Shown: one piece after another, positions 19,944 through 31,012 of the stretch
Layout: each line of letters begins with the position of its first letter
How positions within the stretch are numbered: position 1 is the first letter of the stretch
Origin: a virus
Taxonomy: Duplodnaviria > Heunggongvirae > Uroviricota > Caudoviricetes
Virus record (IMG/VR): IMGVR_UViG_3300029305_011610
Coordinates: 77,395 to 122,929 of that record
Reading direction: 5' to 3' (one strand)
Length of the DNA stretch: 45,535 nucleotides
Translations under genes and position numbers: made by a program
Notes under the pieces: generated by a model
The model's input: only the letters and a program-made list of their open reading frames with translations
The model's database searches: none
What the model was told of the DNA's origin: nothing

Positions 19944-20268
19944 CAGACGAAAGTCTGCGGTACGCGCGTACAGCAATGTGCGTGAAAAACAACCCACTGA
20001 ATTGCTGGAAATTCCCAAAGCCATTAGCGCTACAACGTAGAGATGAAACGCTCAAGCGTGAATGCGGCGAAAGCAGAAAAAAGCTAATGGATGGCATATG
20101 GTTAAATCCTAAGTGCTGTTATAACGGAAAATCAGCAGCCAAGCCTCGAACAGAGGAAGGTTCAACGACCATCCTGAGAAGGAGTAGGGTTACATCCCGA
20201 AGTGGTGGGCGTCCCAAGTGGATGAAGATATGGTCTGCTCTCATATGAAAATATGAGTTAACACAAGG
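19944..20268 (+). ncRNA. Group I intron 5 in the tape measure gene (325 nt, no ORF)
   Basis: Core GAATTGCTGG, AATCAGCAGCCAAG, GAAGGTTCAACGACCA, GAAGATATGGTC. The U/G rule places the junction at GTAT|CAGAC...AAGG|CAATG. Confidence 0.85.
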
Positions 20269-23200
20269 CAATGTACCTCAGAGCCGCTAAGACAGAGGCA
20301 ATTGAGGCTGGAGAGTCGGTCGAAGGTATGGCTGATAGCACTTCCGAGCTTAGAGAAGAAATTTTGGCTTTAACCGGTAATCGTGTTGATCTGATGGCCG
20401 ATGATAAAAATTTTAAAAGTACATATCAAATTTTAAAAGAACTCTCAGAAGTTTGGGATAGCTTAACTGACGTATCTCAAGCGAACATTCTGGAAATGAT
20501 AGGAGGCAAACGCAACGCAAATATTGTATCTGCCTTGCTCGAGAACTTTTCTCTTGCAGAAGAAGTCCTCAAAACTTCGATGAGTTCCTCTGGTTCTGCA
20601 ATAGCAGAAAACGAAAAATACCTTGAGTCAATTCAAGGTCATATATCTCAGTTCAAAGCGGCATTTCAGGCTCTGTCAGAGACTGCAATCAATAGTGATT
20701 TAGTCAAAGATATTATTGATATCGGAACCGCTTTTTTAGAGGCTGCAAACTCAGTGGTTAAATTTGTGGATGAAACAGTAGGTTTAGAAACCGCAATAAA
20801 GTCAATTCTGGGTTTAAAGGCGGCAAATCTATTAGGTGGATTATTTGATAAGACTCTAATTTTATCTGACAAGCAGCAAGAAAAATTCAGCAAGTTTGGT
20901 GAAGCAGTTCAAGGCGGTATAAATGGAATCTATAGTATTTTTGTCGAAGCAACAGATAACGGCGTAAATTTCTTCGATGTACTGATTTCCAAAGTTGGCA
21001 AGACGAAAATGGCACTCTTAGGCCTCGTCGCCGTTGCCGCAACGGTTTCTGCTCTATTTGGTGCTTATCTAAAACTTGAAGAGCAACTTGATACTAACTT
21101 CCATAGCGATCATGGAAAGTTTGAAGATGAGTCTAAATCTATAAAGAAATATAAATCAGAAATTTCTGACTTAAAGAAAACACTTGAGGATAATAGCTCT
21201 TCGACAGAAGATCGTGCGGACGCAGAAGAACGCTTGCTAGAAATACAAGACGATCTGATCTCCACATATGGAGAAGACGCAAAAGGATTAAACCTCTTAA
21301 AGTTAAGCTCTGATGAAGCCGCCGAGGCGCTTGATAATTTAATAAAAAAACGTGCCGAGTTTTATTTATCCGAAAACAAATATGTAGCGAAAAAATATGA
21401 AAGAGGCATTGAAGGACAAAGGACTTTTTCCGCAAGCGCATATTCGTTTGGTATAGATAAAGATTTCGTAAGTGAAATGCAAAGCATTGCAGAAGCTCAC
21501 GGGATATCTTTCTCAAAGAATCTTGGCGGAGAAATTGAGTTCTCATTTAAAGGAGATCCAGCGGAAGCCGCAGAAAAATTAAAAGCATTCCGTAAAGAGG
21601 TTCATGAGCTAGAAAACGAGTGGTTTCTAGACGATAAAGACGCAAACGCAGACGTATTGTTAAAAAGCATAGATGGAGCTGTAGCTCAAGCCGAAAGATA
21701 TACAACAGAATTTGGAGATGGGTATAAGGAGCTCAAAGATTTCTGGGCGGCGATCACAGGCGACGACGGGGCTTCTGGAGATCAAGAAAGCTCCCTCATA
21801 GAGGCTTCTAGAACTTTTGACAGCTACGTTGACTCTCTGTCAGCGTTTAAGACAGAGCAATCAGCTCTTACAAATGCATTAAAGGAGCAGGGCGGCGCAG
21901 GAACTCTTACGCTGGAAACTTATAAAGCTTTAGTTGCTGAAACCGAAGATTATGCTACTTGTCTTGAGTACGAGAACGGTGTAATGCGTATAAATGCTGA
22001 TGCAGCAAATGCTATGCTAGAAGCTAAAATGCTGACCGAGGCGTTAGATATAGAAGGGCAAATCATAAAGGAATCAGCACAGTATGAAGCGAACGCAAAA
22101 GAGATAGCAAAACTTAATGCTAGATATAAATCTTTGTCGGATGATGAAAAGAGTCAGTTAGAAACTCTTAAGAATAGCCAAGTAGAAATACAAAAGACTA
22201 TTCAACAATATAGCTTGCTACGCGCTGAGTTACTAAACATGAATAGCGCATATTCTAAATGGAAAGCCGCTCAAGACGCACCAGAGACTGGTGATATGTA
22301 CGACGAAATGAAGACCGCTGCGAGTCAAATTAATGATGCTTTAAAAACTGGTAAAACCGGTACTCTAAAATATCAGACTGCTGTCAAAATGCTTGTCACT
22401 TTGGAAGACCCTAGCCCTAAGCAAGTTCAGGATTACATGAAGAAGCTGAATCGCTATATTACTGACGATAGTTCTGGTGCAAAAAACTTTATAAATGACA
22501 TGATAAACAAGGGTCTCATGGAGTCCTCTACAGGCGGACGAGCCACATGGAATGACGCGTGGCTTAAGGACGCAAGCATGACGATAGATGAGATTTGTAA
22601 TATCATGGAAATCACACCAACTATGGCAAAGGCTATTTTCGGTGAACTCGAAGAATATCACTTTGACTTTAGTTGGGATGAAGACGATTTTAATAATGTA
22701 ATTCTTGAAGAACAGCTACGAAAAATTCAAGAAGAAGTTGAAAGATATAAGAAAGCTATTGCAGATAATCCTAAGATTGCGCCAGAAATAGATTCCACTA
22801 CATTAGATGATTATGTTGCAAGAGTAACGGAGGCAACTAATAAACTCAAAAAGCTAAATGATAAAGGTGCAAGCAGCTATGACATCACTCCTATTAAAGA
22901 AGAGATTGAAGCTTTATTAAGCGAAGGGCTTGAGCTCGGAATAGATCTGGAAAGCATTGGCTTCACAGAAGAGTTCCTATCAGGCCTTGGGTTAGATATT
23001 CAAACAGCAGACGTTCAAGCTCAACTAACAGCTGTCGCTGGGGATTTGGACAATATTGCCGCTAAAATCACAGCAGTTGCTGCAATGGCAATCGGTGATC
23101 TTGGTGCTGCCGCAGCAAGTAATATGCTATATGTTGTTTATAGTAGACTTCAGGACATTCAAAATTTCTCTATAGACGACAAGACATTTAATGTAACAGC

Positions 23201-25229
23201 TTTAGTAAATAATGGTTCTGGCAGCTCATCAAGCGATGGAGGTTCTTCTAATTCAGCTTCTGCGAGAGGTACACTTAATGCTCGTGGCGGTAGAACCTTG
23301 GTCGGAGAGCTTGGCAGAGAAATAGTGGTAAGCGGGAATCGATACTATACTGTTGGCGATAAAGGTGCTGAGTTTGTCAACCTTAAAAAGGGAGACATTG
23401 TGTTTAACCATATCGACACTGAACGCATCCTTGGTATGTCAAGCAAAACTCATCAAGGGCAAGCTTTTGCTGGAGGCACATTTGGCAAAGGTTCAATAGC
23501 TGACCAATTAGATGCTGCAAAAGAATATGCAGAAGCCCACGGTTTACCGACTATTGTCAACATTGAAGTAAAGCCTGCTGGTGATAATAATTCTGCTGCC
23601 GCAATACAGAATTCGTCTAAAGATGAAGACCAAGCGTATAAGCGAGAGTCTGGTTATGGCTCTCTAGGCGTCATACCGCCTCCTCTCCCTACTCCTCATA
23701 ATCAAAAATCAGAAGGAGGCGCAACGGATTTAACCGGAAATGGTGCCGGCGCTCCAGGGTCTGAACAAGCAAAGAAAAACTTCGAAGAAGCATATAAAGA
23801 GCATCAACACTTCCTATCGATGGATCAAGAAGAAACAGCAGAGTATCTCGACTGGTTAGAGAGTGCTTACAAAGATGCCTTCGAAGAAGGTTCCGAAGAG
23901 TACTGGAAATATGAAGAAGAAGTCTACAAAGGCCGTCAAGACCTATTTAAAGATATGCTTGGAGACAAAGAACATTTCATTTCCATGCTTGTTGCTGATG
24001 AAAAAGATGCATCTACTATTATAAACAATTACCAGTTGATTATAGAGGCCGTAGAAGCGGAATTGGAAAAAGCTTATGAGTCAGGTCTTGATGACAACGA
24101 CGACTACGTTCAAGAACTAAAAGACAAGCTTGTTGACTACAAAGATGAAATCAAATCTATAAACGATGAGATTACAGAGGATGCAAAAGAATCCTACGAA
24201 GATCTGATTGAGTATCGTATGGATATGCTCAAGCAAGAACTTGAGGATGAGAAAGAAAAACTCAATGAGCGTGTCAACACACTGCAAGATTTCTATAGTA
24301 AGCAAAAAGACATGTTAAAAGATGTCTACGATGAAGAAAAGTATCTTGAAGACCAAACAGAGAAGCAGAAAGCTGTTTCTGATATCAGGGCAGAGCTTGC
24401 AATGCTTGAAAACGATGATTCTGTTAGCGCACAACGCCGCAAGCTTGAATTGCAAGAAGAGCTGAAAGAAGCAGAAAAGGAACTTGCCGATTTCGAAAAA
24501 GAGCATGCTCTCGAGATGACACAAGACATGTTAGATAAGCAGCTTGAAATGCAAGAGAACAATCTAAACGCAGAGATTGATAACATTGACGAGCAACTTG
24601 AAAACGAAAAAGCTATACGAGATCAAGCAATTAAAGATCTGCAAAATGGGGATTTGGCGCTATTTAACGCCATGCTTGAGTATAACGCGTTCCATGGCGA
24701 CGGTAACGATCAAACAGTAGTTGATCTTTGGACAGATGCTTATGAGGCATTGAGTAAGTATTACGCACTTTACAATAAGCTGTATGAAGGCATGTACTTG
24801 GAAAACGTTACCGATGCAAAAGGTTTACTACCTGTTCCGGTTGGTATCGGATATGCAAGCGGCACATACAGCGCGACACCAGGTATTCATGAAATTGAGG
24901 AGATGGGCGCTGAGTATATCTTCGAATCTTCTAACGGTAGAAAATATCGTATGTTTAGAGGCGATGAGAAGGTACTTAATGCTACTGCGACAGACTTCTT
25001 ATATAAGTTTGCTAATAGCGGTGGTAAAATTCTGGAGGGCATGGTTTCTGGAGCAAGATCTCCGATCCCGTCTAATGTAGTCTCAAACAATCATATTTTT
25101 GAAATCAAAACAGGTGACATTATCGTTCAAGGTAATGCAAGTGAACGAACTGTCTCTGAAATTCGCAGAGCGCAAAGAGAAAGCGTAGACTTCATGCTAA
25201 AAGAGTTTGGACGTCTACAAAGCAGATAA
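20269..25229 (+). CDS. Tape measure exon 3; spliced CDS 6216 nt = 2071 aa
   Basis: MYLRAAKTEA...STYQILKELSEVW...GGKRNAN, long coiled coils, C-terminal GYASGT...PG...E.G.E motif. Exon sum 1236+19+4961 = 6216, in frame. Confidence 0.9.
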
Positions 25230-25236
25230 TAAAAAA

Positions 25237-25260
25237 TAGGCTCCCCTTATGGGGAGCCTA
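25237..25260. terminator. Hairpin after the tape measure gene
   Basis: TAGGCTCCCC-TTAT-GGGGAGCCTA, preceded by an A-tract. Confidence 0.6.
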
Positions 25261-25292
25261 TACTAATTTATGAAAGCGAGGTGAGATGTTAT

Positions 25293-26129
25293 ATGAATCT
25301 CTCAGGATGTCATTTTGAATATTGCGGTGTATCTTCCAGAAAATACAATCTGGTCTTTGCTCATGCTAATACATCTGAATTCAAGCAAATCGTTGGAAAT
25401 ATTACTTCTAACTTCGTCTTCAACAAAAAGAACAAGCAGAAGCACTTCATAGGTGAGAGTTATGAGGACTCCCCTATTCAGTTTGATGCAGAAATCGTGA
25501 GATGGGGTTGTAATAACGAAGTAATCCATACACAAGAAAGAAGAGAGATTGAAAAGTGGCTATTCCACAAATCAGGATATAACAAGCTTTACGTCGACTT
25601 AGCAGATGACACTTTTGCCGAAACAGTAGAACTGGTCGACGGCTATCAAAAACGTCTCTATTTGAATTGTAGGTTTATTAACCCGGAAAAGATCGAAGAT
25701 GGCACTGGACTTCGAGGTTATAAATTTACTGTTGAATGTGATAGCTGTATGGCTTGGCAAGATGTGGTAATCTCTGAACACTCTCTCGCTAACACATCAG
25801 CAAATTCGACATCAATTATTTCCGTTAATGTTGATACCGACATTCGCGATTACACATATCCGAAAGTAATTATAACCATTGGTAACGCAGGTGGAGATAT
25901 ATTAATCGCAAATCATTCAGACAATGATAATCGAAATACATCTTTTGTGTCTACATATGCGAATAGCGAGATTATTATGGACGGAAATACTAATTATATA
26001 TCAGGTCAAAACTTTGACCGCTTTAAAGATAGAAACTTTATCCGGTTACTTGATGGAGAAAATAGACTTTCGGTAACAGGAAATATTTCAAAGATTAGAT
26101 TTGAATGGAATAACAGGAGGTATCTGTAA
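25293..26129 (+). CDS. Distal tail (Dit)-like protein
   Basis: First gene after the tape measure; ends with FIRLLDGENRLSVTGN..IRFEW, typical of Dit. The start could instead be 25281. Confidence 0.75.
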   Translation: MNLSGCHFEYCGVSSRKYNLVFAHANTSEFKQIVGNITSNFVFNKKNKQKHFIGESYEDSPIQFDAEIVRWGCNNEVIHTQERREIEKWLFHKSGYNKLYVDLADDTFAETVELVDGYQKRLYLNCRFINPEKIEDGTGLRGYKFTVECDSCMAWQDVVISEHSLANTSANSTSIISVNVDTDIRDYTYPKVIITIGNAGGDILIANHSDNDNRNTSFVSTYANSEIIMDGNTNYISGQNFDRFKDRNFIRLLDGENRLSVTGNISKIRFEWNNRRYL

Positions 26130-28645
26130 TGATAGTCAAATTTGACTCATTAGATCGCTTCGAAGTTCCTCAATTTACTGTATGTAGTCCGGGTAGCACT
26201 TACAGCAATTGTATGCCATCAAGAGTTGTAGGTATCTTAACAAACACTGATTCGGAAGAGTTGGTATTAAATTTCAATGCAACGTCAGAACTTAATTTTC
26301 GGGCAAACAGAGTTGATAGTGATGATGCAGAAGTAAATGCATACCTACATACGGTGTATAAATCACTCCAAAACAAACGAATGATTTTTGTGGACGACAT
26401 CGGCTATTTTATTATCACCAGTGTCAAAGACGGCTTTGATGGAAAGTCTCACTATAAAGACATTTCTGCAGAGTCATGTGAAGCTGAAATTAGAAACAAA
26501 CAACTCTCATTCGTAAAAGACGGTAAGATAACATTTATTGAAGATGGTACGTATAAGTTCTCTGAATTGCTCAATGGGCTCGTCCTCACACTGCCTCTCT
26601 GGACAGTTGGCGAGATTGATTCTTCGGTAGCAGACAGGTATAGAACGTTTGAAGATGTTAGCGAAAACCTAAACACATTGGCTTTCATGCTTGAGAATAT
26701 GCAAGACGCCTATGAATGTATATTCGTGTTTGATTGTATTAATCGGAAGATAAACGTCTATGACCAGAATAACTACGTTAAATTAACTGACATACAGATT
26801 TCAAAAGATGATGTCATTAAGAGCCTGGTTATCACAGAAAATTCCGATGAGCTATATACCGCTCTTAGCGTTACAAGCGAAGAAAGCGTCGGGATACAAG
26901 CTGTTAACCCAATGGGTACAGGTGTAATTTACAACTTCAAATACTATCTTGACTGGATGAGTGATGAATTACGTGCTCGTGTCAAGGATTGGATGGATCT
27001 TATTGATGGTTCGGAGCAAGGATATTACGATCTGAATCTTGATTATTACAATAAGAAGACTGCGCAAGATAGTAAGGTGGCAGAATATGACAAACTGGAA
27101 ATTCAGATCAATATGTATGATCGTTGTAGAGACAATATAGTAGCAAGCGGGAATACATCAGAAGTTGGTAATTACAATAAAGCTCTCGCAGAAAAGTGCA
27201 TAATTTGTTCCGGCGAGGGTAAGATTGGCGTTGAAGATTGTATCGCTTGCGAAGATGGCTACATATATGACGATAGCATTAAGATCGATATATCTGAAGA
27301 TGTTGACAAGACTCTCGCATCTATCGACTTGCTTATTTCTAAAGCGAACGCCGACAGATTATCATTAAACTCAGAAATCCAAAGTCTCGATTCTGAATTA
27401 TCTGAGTTAAGAGAAATGATCAATGCCGTAAACAACGCATGCCAAATAGACAAATTCTTTACAGAATCAGAATATAGCGAATTATCAAATTACATATATG
27501 AAGGCAATTACAATGATGAATATGTCATCGTAACTGAGAGCATGACATATAAAGAGCGATTCGAACAGATGAAGACATTGTATGATCGTGCTAAGAGTCA
27601 ACTTCTCAGGGTCTCCTTCCCTACTCAAGAATTTGATTTAGATGTAGAGAACTTTATATTTGAGAAGAACTTCGAGCCTTGGAGTGAACAATTAGAAACC
27701 GGTGTGTTAATAAATGTCGAGTTAAGCGATGATGATATAGCTGCTCTTTTTCTATCAAACATCACTGTTAACTACGACGACAAGAAACTAACTATGAAAT
27801 TTGGAAATCGTTTTAATAAATACGACCCCAAAGCACTGTTTGAAAAAATTTTAGGTAGCATCCAGAAGTCTTCTAACTCTATAAACTTCATTAAAGACAT
27901 CCTCTACCCTATTAAAAATGGCGAGTACGATGCATTTAAGGAGTTTGTGCAAACTTCGAGAACTCTCACAAAGAATGCTGTACTGGCATCTACAAACCAA
28001 AGTGTTGTTATTGATGATACCGGCTACACTGGGCGTAAGATAGATGAAGAAACAGGAGAAATAGATGATTGTCAAATAAAAATTAACAACAATACTATTG
28101 TCTTTACTAAAGACGCTTGGAAGTCATGTAGTACAGCTCTCGGCAAGTTAATCCTACCAGATGAAACCACAACATATGGAATTAACGCAGAGACAATTAT
28201 CGGAGAGGCAATACTCGGAAATACACTCCAGATTTATGATGGCAATAAAACACCTATCTTGCAGGTTATGGATAATAAGATAATAACAAACCTCAAAGAT
28301 GTTAATGGAAGCATCTCTACACTACAGCAGACAGCGGAAGACCTAAGTTTAAAGTTCGAAAGCGGAATTAACTCAGTTACAACTACATCCGGGTATACAT
28401 TTGATAGCACTGGATTGACTATTTACAATAGCGGTAGCAATATCGAAAATAAATTAGATAATACAGGTATGTATATATCAAAAAAGAACGGTGCTGACGA
28501 TGAAATTGTATTGTCCGCAAATGATGAAGGTGTAAAAGCGATAGACATAACTGTAAAAAATTACTTAGTTATAGGAAATCATGCACGATTTGAGGATTAT
28601 GTAACAGCTGATGGTGAGGAGAAAACAGCTGCGTTTTGGGTGTAA
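26129..28645 (+). CDS. Tail hub/tail-associated (Tal-like) protein
   Basis: 838 aa directly after Dit, with coiled-coil and beta-rich regions; internal CxxCxGxG Zn-finger at 27197-27259. Confidence 0.7.
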   Translation: MIVKFDSLDRFEVPQFTVCSPGSTYSNCMPSRVVGILTNTDSEELVLNFNATSELNFRANRVDSDDAEVNAYLHTVYKSLQNKRMIFVDDIGYFIITSVKDGFDGKSHYKDISAESCEAEIRNKQLSFVKDGKITFIEDGTYKFSELLNGLVLTLPLWTVGEIDSSVADRYRTFEDVSENLNTLAFMLENMQDAYECIFVFDCINRKINVYDQNNYVKLTDIQISKDDVIKSLVITENSDELYTALSVTSEESVGIQAVNPMGTGVIYNFKYYLDWMSDELRARVKDWMDLIDGSEQGYYDLNLDYYNKKTAQDSKVAEYDKLEIQINMYDRCRDNIVASGNTSEVGNYNKALAEKCIICSGEGKIGVEDCIACEDGYIYDDSIKIDISEDVDKTLASIDLLISKANADRLSLNSEIQSLDSELSELREMINAVNNACQIDKFFTESEYSELSNYIYEGNYNDEYVIVTESMTYKERFEQMKTLYDRAKSQLLRVSFPTQEFDLDVENFIFEKNFEPWSEQLETGVLINVELSDDDIAALFLSNITVNYDDKKLTMKFGNRFNKYDPKALFEKILGSIQKSSNSINFIKDILYPIKNGEYDAFKEFVQTSRTLTKNAVLASTNQSVVIDDTGYTGRKIDEETGEIDDCQIKINNNTIVFTKDAWKSCSTALGKLILPDETTTYGINAETIIGEAILGNTLQIYDGNKTPILQVMDNKIITNLKDVNGSISTLQQTAEDLSLKFESGINSVTTTSGYTFDSTGLTIYNSGSNIENKLDNTGMYISKKNGADDEIVLSANDEGVKAIDITVKNYLVIGNHARFEDYVTADGEEKTAAFWV

Positions 28646-28656
28646 AGAGGTGAAAT

Positions 28657-30291
28657 ATGGTAATTAAGAAAAATGGCAATGTGCTTCTAACATTTGATAT
28701 CACAGATGAGATAAAGGCTTATGCGAGTTTTTGGTGGACAGCCTCTTATCTTGACACTGGCGACACATCAAATATTTCTATAGATAAAATTTACTTTAAT
28801 CACTACGGAAAATCTGGCAATTATTTGATAGATGCAGATATGTATGTTGATGATTTTTTGTTTGGATCATTTAAAAATGGCACAGCAGTCATTAGTACGC
28901 CAAAGGAAAAGACCGAGGTTATCACAGATACATTTCCAGCTACACCGTTCAACTCTCATGCAATAGAACACAATGGAATCGATAACAAGACTGTTGTTTT
29001 AAAAATAGACTGTGTGATGCATGATATAAGCGAGTCAATTGATATATCTTCTACTTATTCCATGGAGATCAATATGTCTGATTATTCACAAATTGCATTT
29101 GTGGACCCAGTTCAGCTTTATATCGATCAGACTTATTCTCTCGTTTTGAACCAATACTCCCCTAAATATGATTATGTTATCCAGTACGATTTTGGTGAAT
29201 TGAGCGGGTACATAAATTCTCGTGGCTATAGCTCTAATATAGAAGAAAAGCTATCCGGCCAAACACATACATTTAGAGTACCTACATCATTTTATAGTCA
29301 AATACCAAATTACAAGAATGGCATCGTTACCATAATCGTCTACACATATTCTGGAGAAACGCTGTTGGGTTTTTCTGGAGTACCCCTCATTGTTAGTGTG
29401 TGGCCAGCGATTTGCGCACCCTCGTTTTCCGCAACAGTTGTGGACACAAACGAAAGCACGCTCGCTGTTACCGGAGATTCAAGTAAATTTATTAAATTCT
29501 GCTCTTCTGCCCATGTATATGTGGATGCGACTTCGAAGTACGATTCGACAATATCATCAATCACGGTTAACGGAATCGTAGCCCAGAACGGGATTGTAGA
29601 TATCGCTAAAGTTAATTCCAACGTTATTCAAGTTTCTGTAGTAGATTCGCGTGGTGTTTCTACATCTGAAGATATTTATATAGATATGATACCATATGTC
29701 ATGCTCACCACCGACCTGTCTGCCAAACGAGACGATCCTACGTCTGGTAACGTTACACTGACAATAAAGGGTAACTTTAACAGCGGGAAATTCGTTGATG
29801 GACAAGACGGATCTGCAGAGAATGAACTAGTCCTTACATTCTCTGTTATTGACGAAGATGGAATTGCGACTCAGCCAGAGAGCTTATCTTGTTCCGTGAC
29901 AGATGACACGTATGTTTCGATGGCGAAAATTAACGGCCTTGATTATGAACATACTTACATTATAGAGGTAGTCGCAAAGGATAAGATAAATACTGTAATC
30001 GCACGAGCAACTATAAAACCTGGTGTTCCTGTATTTGAATGGGGTAAAAATGATTTTACAGTAAACAAAAGATTAAACGCAAAAGGCACGTTAGAAATAA
30101 GCTCCTTGAATTCTTTTATTGTCGGCGAGACCCCATTTAATACCCTTCTTTTAGACTTAGTCTACCCAGTTGGCTCAATGTATATGGCGGATGCAGAAGT
30201 AGTGCCTAGCGATTCTATCGGTGGAACATGGGTATTAGTTATGGAGGACACGGATAATACAGGAGCATATGTTTGGAGACGTACTGGGTAA
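28657..30291 (+). CDS. Minor tail/baseplate protein
   Basis: 544 aa, beta-rich, with C-terminal PVFEWGK and LDLVYPVGSMYM...GGTW motifs common in phage tail proteins. Confidence 0.65.
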   Translation: MVIKKNGNVLLTFDITDEIKAYASFWWTASYLDTGDTSNISIDKIYFNHYGKSGNYLIDADMYVDDFLFGSFKNGTAVISTPKEKTEVITDTFPATPFNSHAIEHNGIDNKTVVLKIDCVMHDISESIDISSTYSMEINMSDYSQIAFVDPVQLYIDQTYSLVLNQYSPKYDYVIQYDFGELSGYINSRGYSSNIEEKLSGQTHTFRVPTSFYSQIPNYKNGIVTIIVYTYSGETLLGFSGVPLIVSVWPAICAPSFSATVVDTNESTLAVTGDSSKFIKFCSSAHVYVDATSKYDSTISSITVNGIVAQNGIVDIAKVNSNVIQVSVVDSRGVSTSEDIYIDMIPYVMLTTDLSAKRDDPTSGNVTLTIKGNFNSGKFVDGQDGSAENELVLTFSVIDEDGIATQPESLSCSVTDDTYVSMAKINGLDYEHTYIIEVVAKDKINTVIARATIKPGVPVFEWGKNDFTVNKRLNAKGTLEISSLNSFIVGETPFNTLLLDLVYPVGSMYMADAEVVPSDSIGGTWVLVMEDTDNTGAYVWRRTG

Positions 30292-30302
30292 GGTGGTGAA
30301 TA

Positions 30303-31001
30303 ATGAGTATTTTTTGTAAAGATATAAACGGAAATGAATTAGAAAAATTATATCAATGGGATATGGGGCAACAAATCATCTTATTAGGGGTTGAATCATA
30401 CGGCGAAACTTATTTCCACTTTTCAAACGAGCAATGTGGAGATGTGTACGTTGGAAATTACATAGCAGATAATGATGAATATTTAGTTGAAGTTCCAAAC
30501 ATTTTATTGCAAGAAGATAAGCCTATTCGTCTTTATATTTATAACCAGACAAGCGACTCTGTCGCATTCACTACGCAAATGATTTGCATTCCTGTAGTAC
30601 CAAGACCAAAACCATTCGGATATATATATGAAAATAATGCTGATTATGTACGATATGAGGATTTAAACGCAGATGTGCGAGAGCTCCGAGAAATGATCGA
30701 GTCTATTACTAACGGTAGCAACGGAGCTGTTATATATTCTGATTCTCAATATCTTGATTCAACTGCTAAGAGTACTGCAAAAAATAATATCGGTATTTTT
30801 GTATCTGATAATGAGCCAGAAAATGCGTCAGATGGTGATCTATGGGTCAATACAAGCGAAAATGTTGCCACTGTATCAAACGTCCATTTGGTAGATGTTG
30901 GTAGTGGCGATTTATCTTCAATAGACTTCAGCAAATTTAATGTCGGAGATATTATACTTGTAACCATGTCGGAATTAAAAAATAATGTTGTTGTAATTTA
31001 A
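30303..31001 (+). CDS. BppU-like baseplate/fibre adaptor protein
   Basis: LYQWDMGQ.I...F.N...VPNILLQ...I.V..RPKP..YIY pattern and a SDNEPENASDGDLW linker. Confidence 0.55.
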   Translation: MSIFCKDINGNELEKLYQWDMGQQIILLGVESYGETYFHFSNEQCGDVYVGNYIADNDEYLVEVPNILLQEDKPIRLYIYNQTSDSVAFTTQMICIPVVPRPKPFGYIYENNADYVRYEDLNADVRELREMIESITNGSNGAVIYSDSQYLDSTAKSTAKNNIGIFVSDNEPENASDGDLWVNTSENVATVSNVHLVDVGSGDLSSIDFSKFNVGDIILVTMSELKNNVVVI

Positions 31002-31012
31002 GGAGTGACTTT

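Noticed and set aside
19873-20248. Track ORFs 19873..20097, 19886..20248 and 2296..2496 as genes
   Set aside because: They run through ribozyme core sequence; only the 19-nt micro-exon is plausibly coding.
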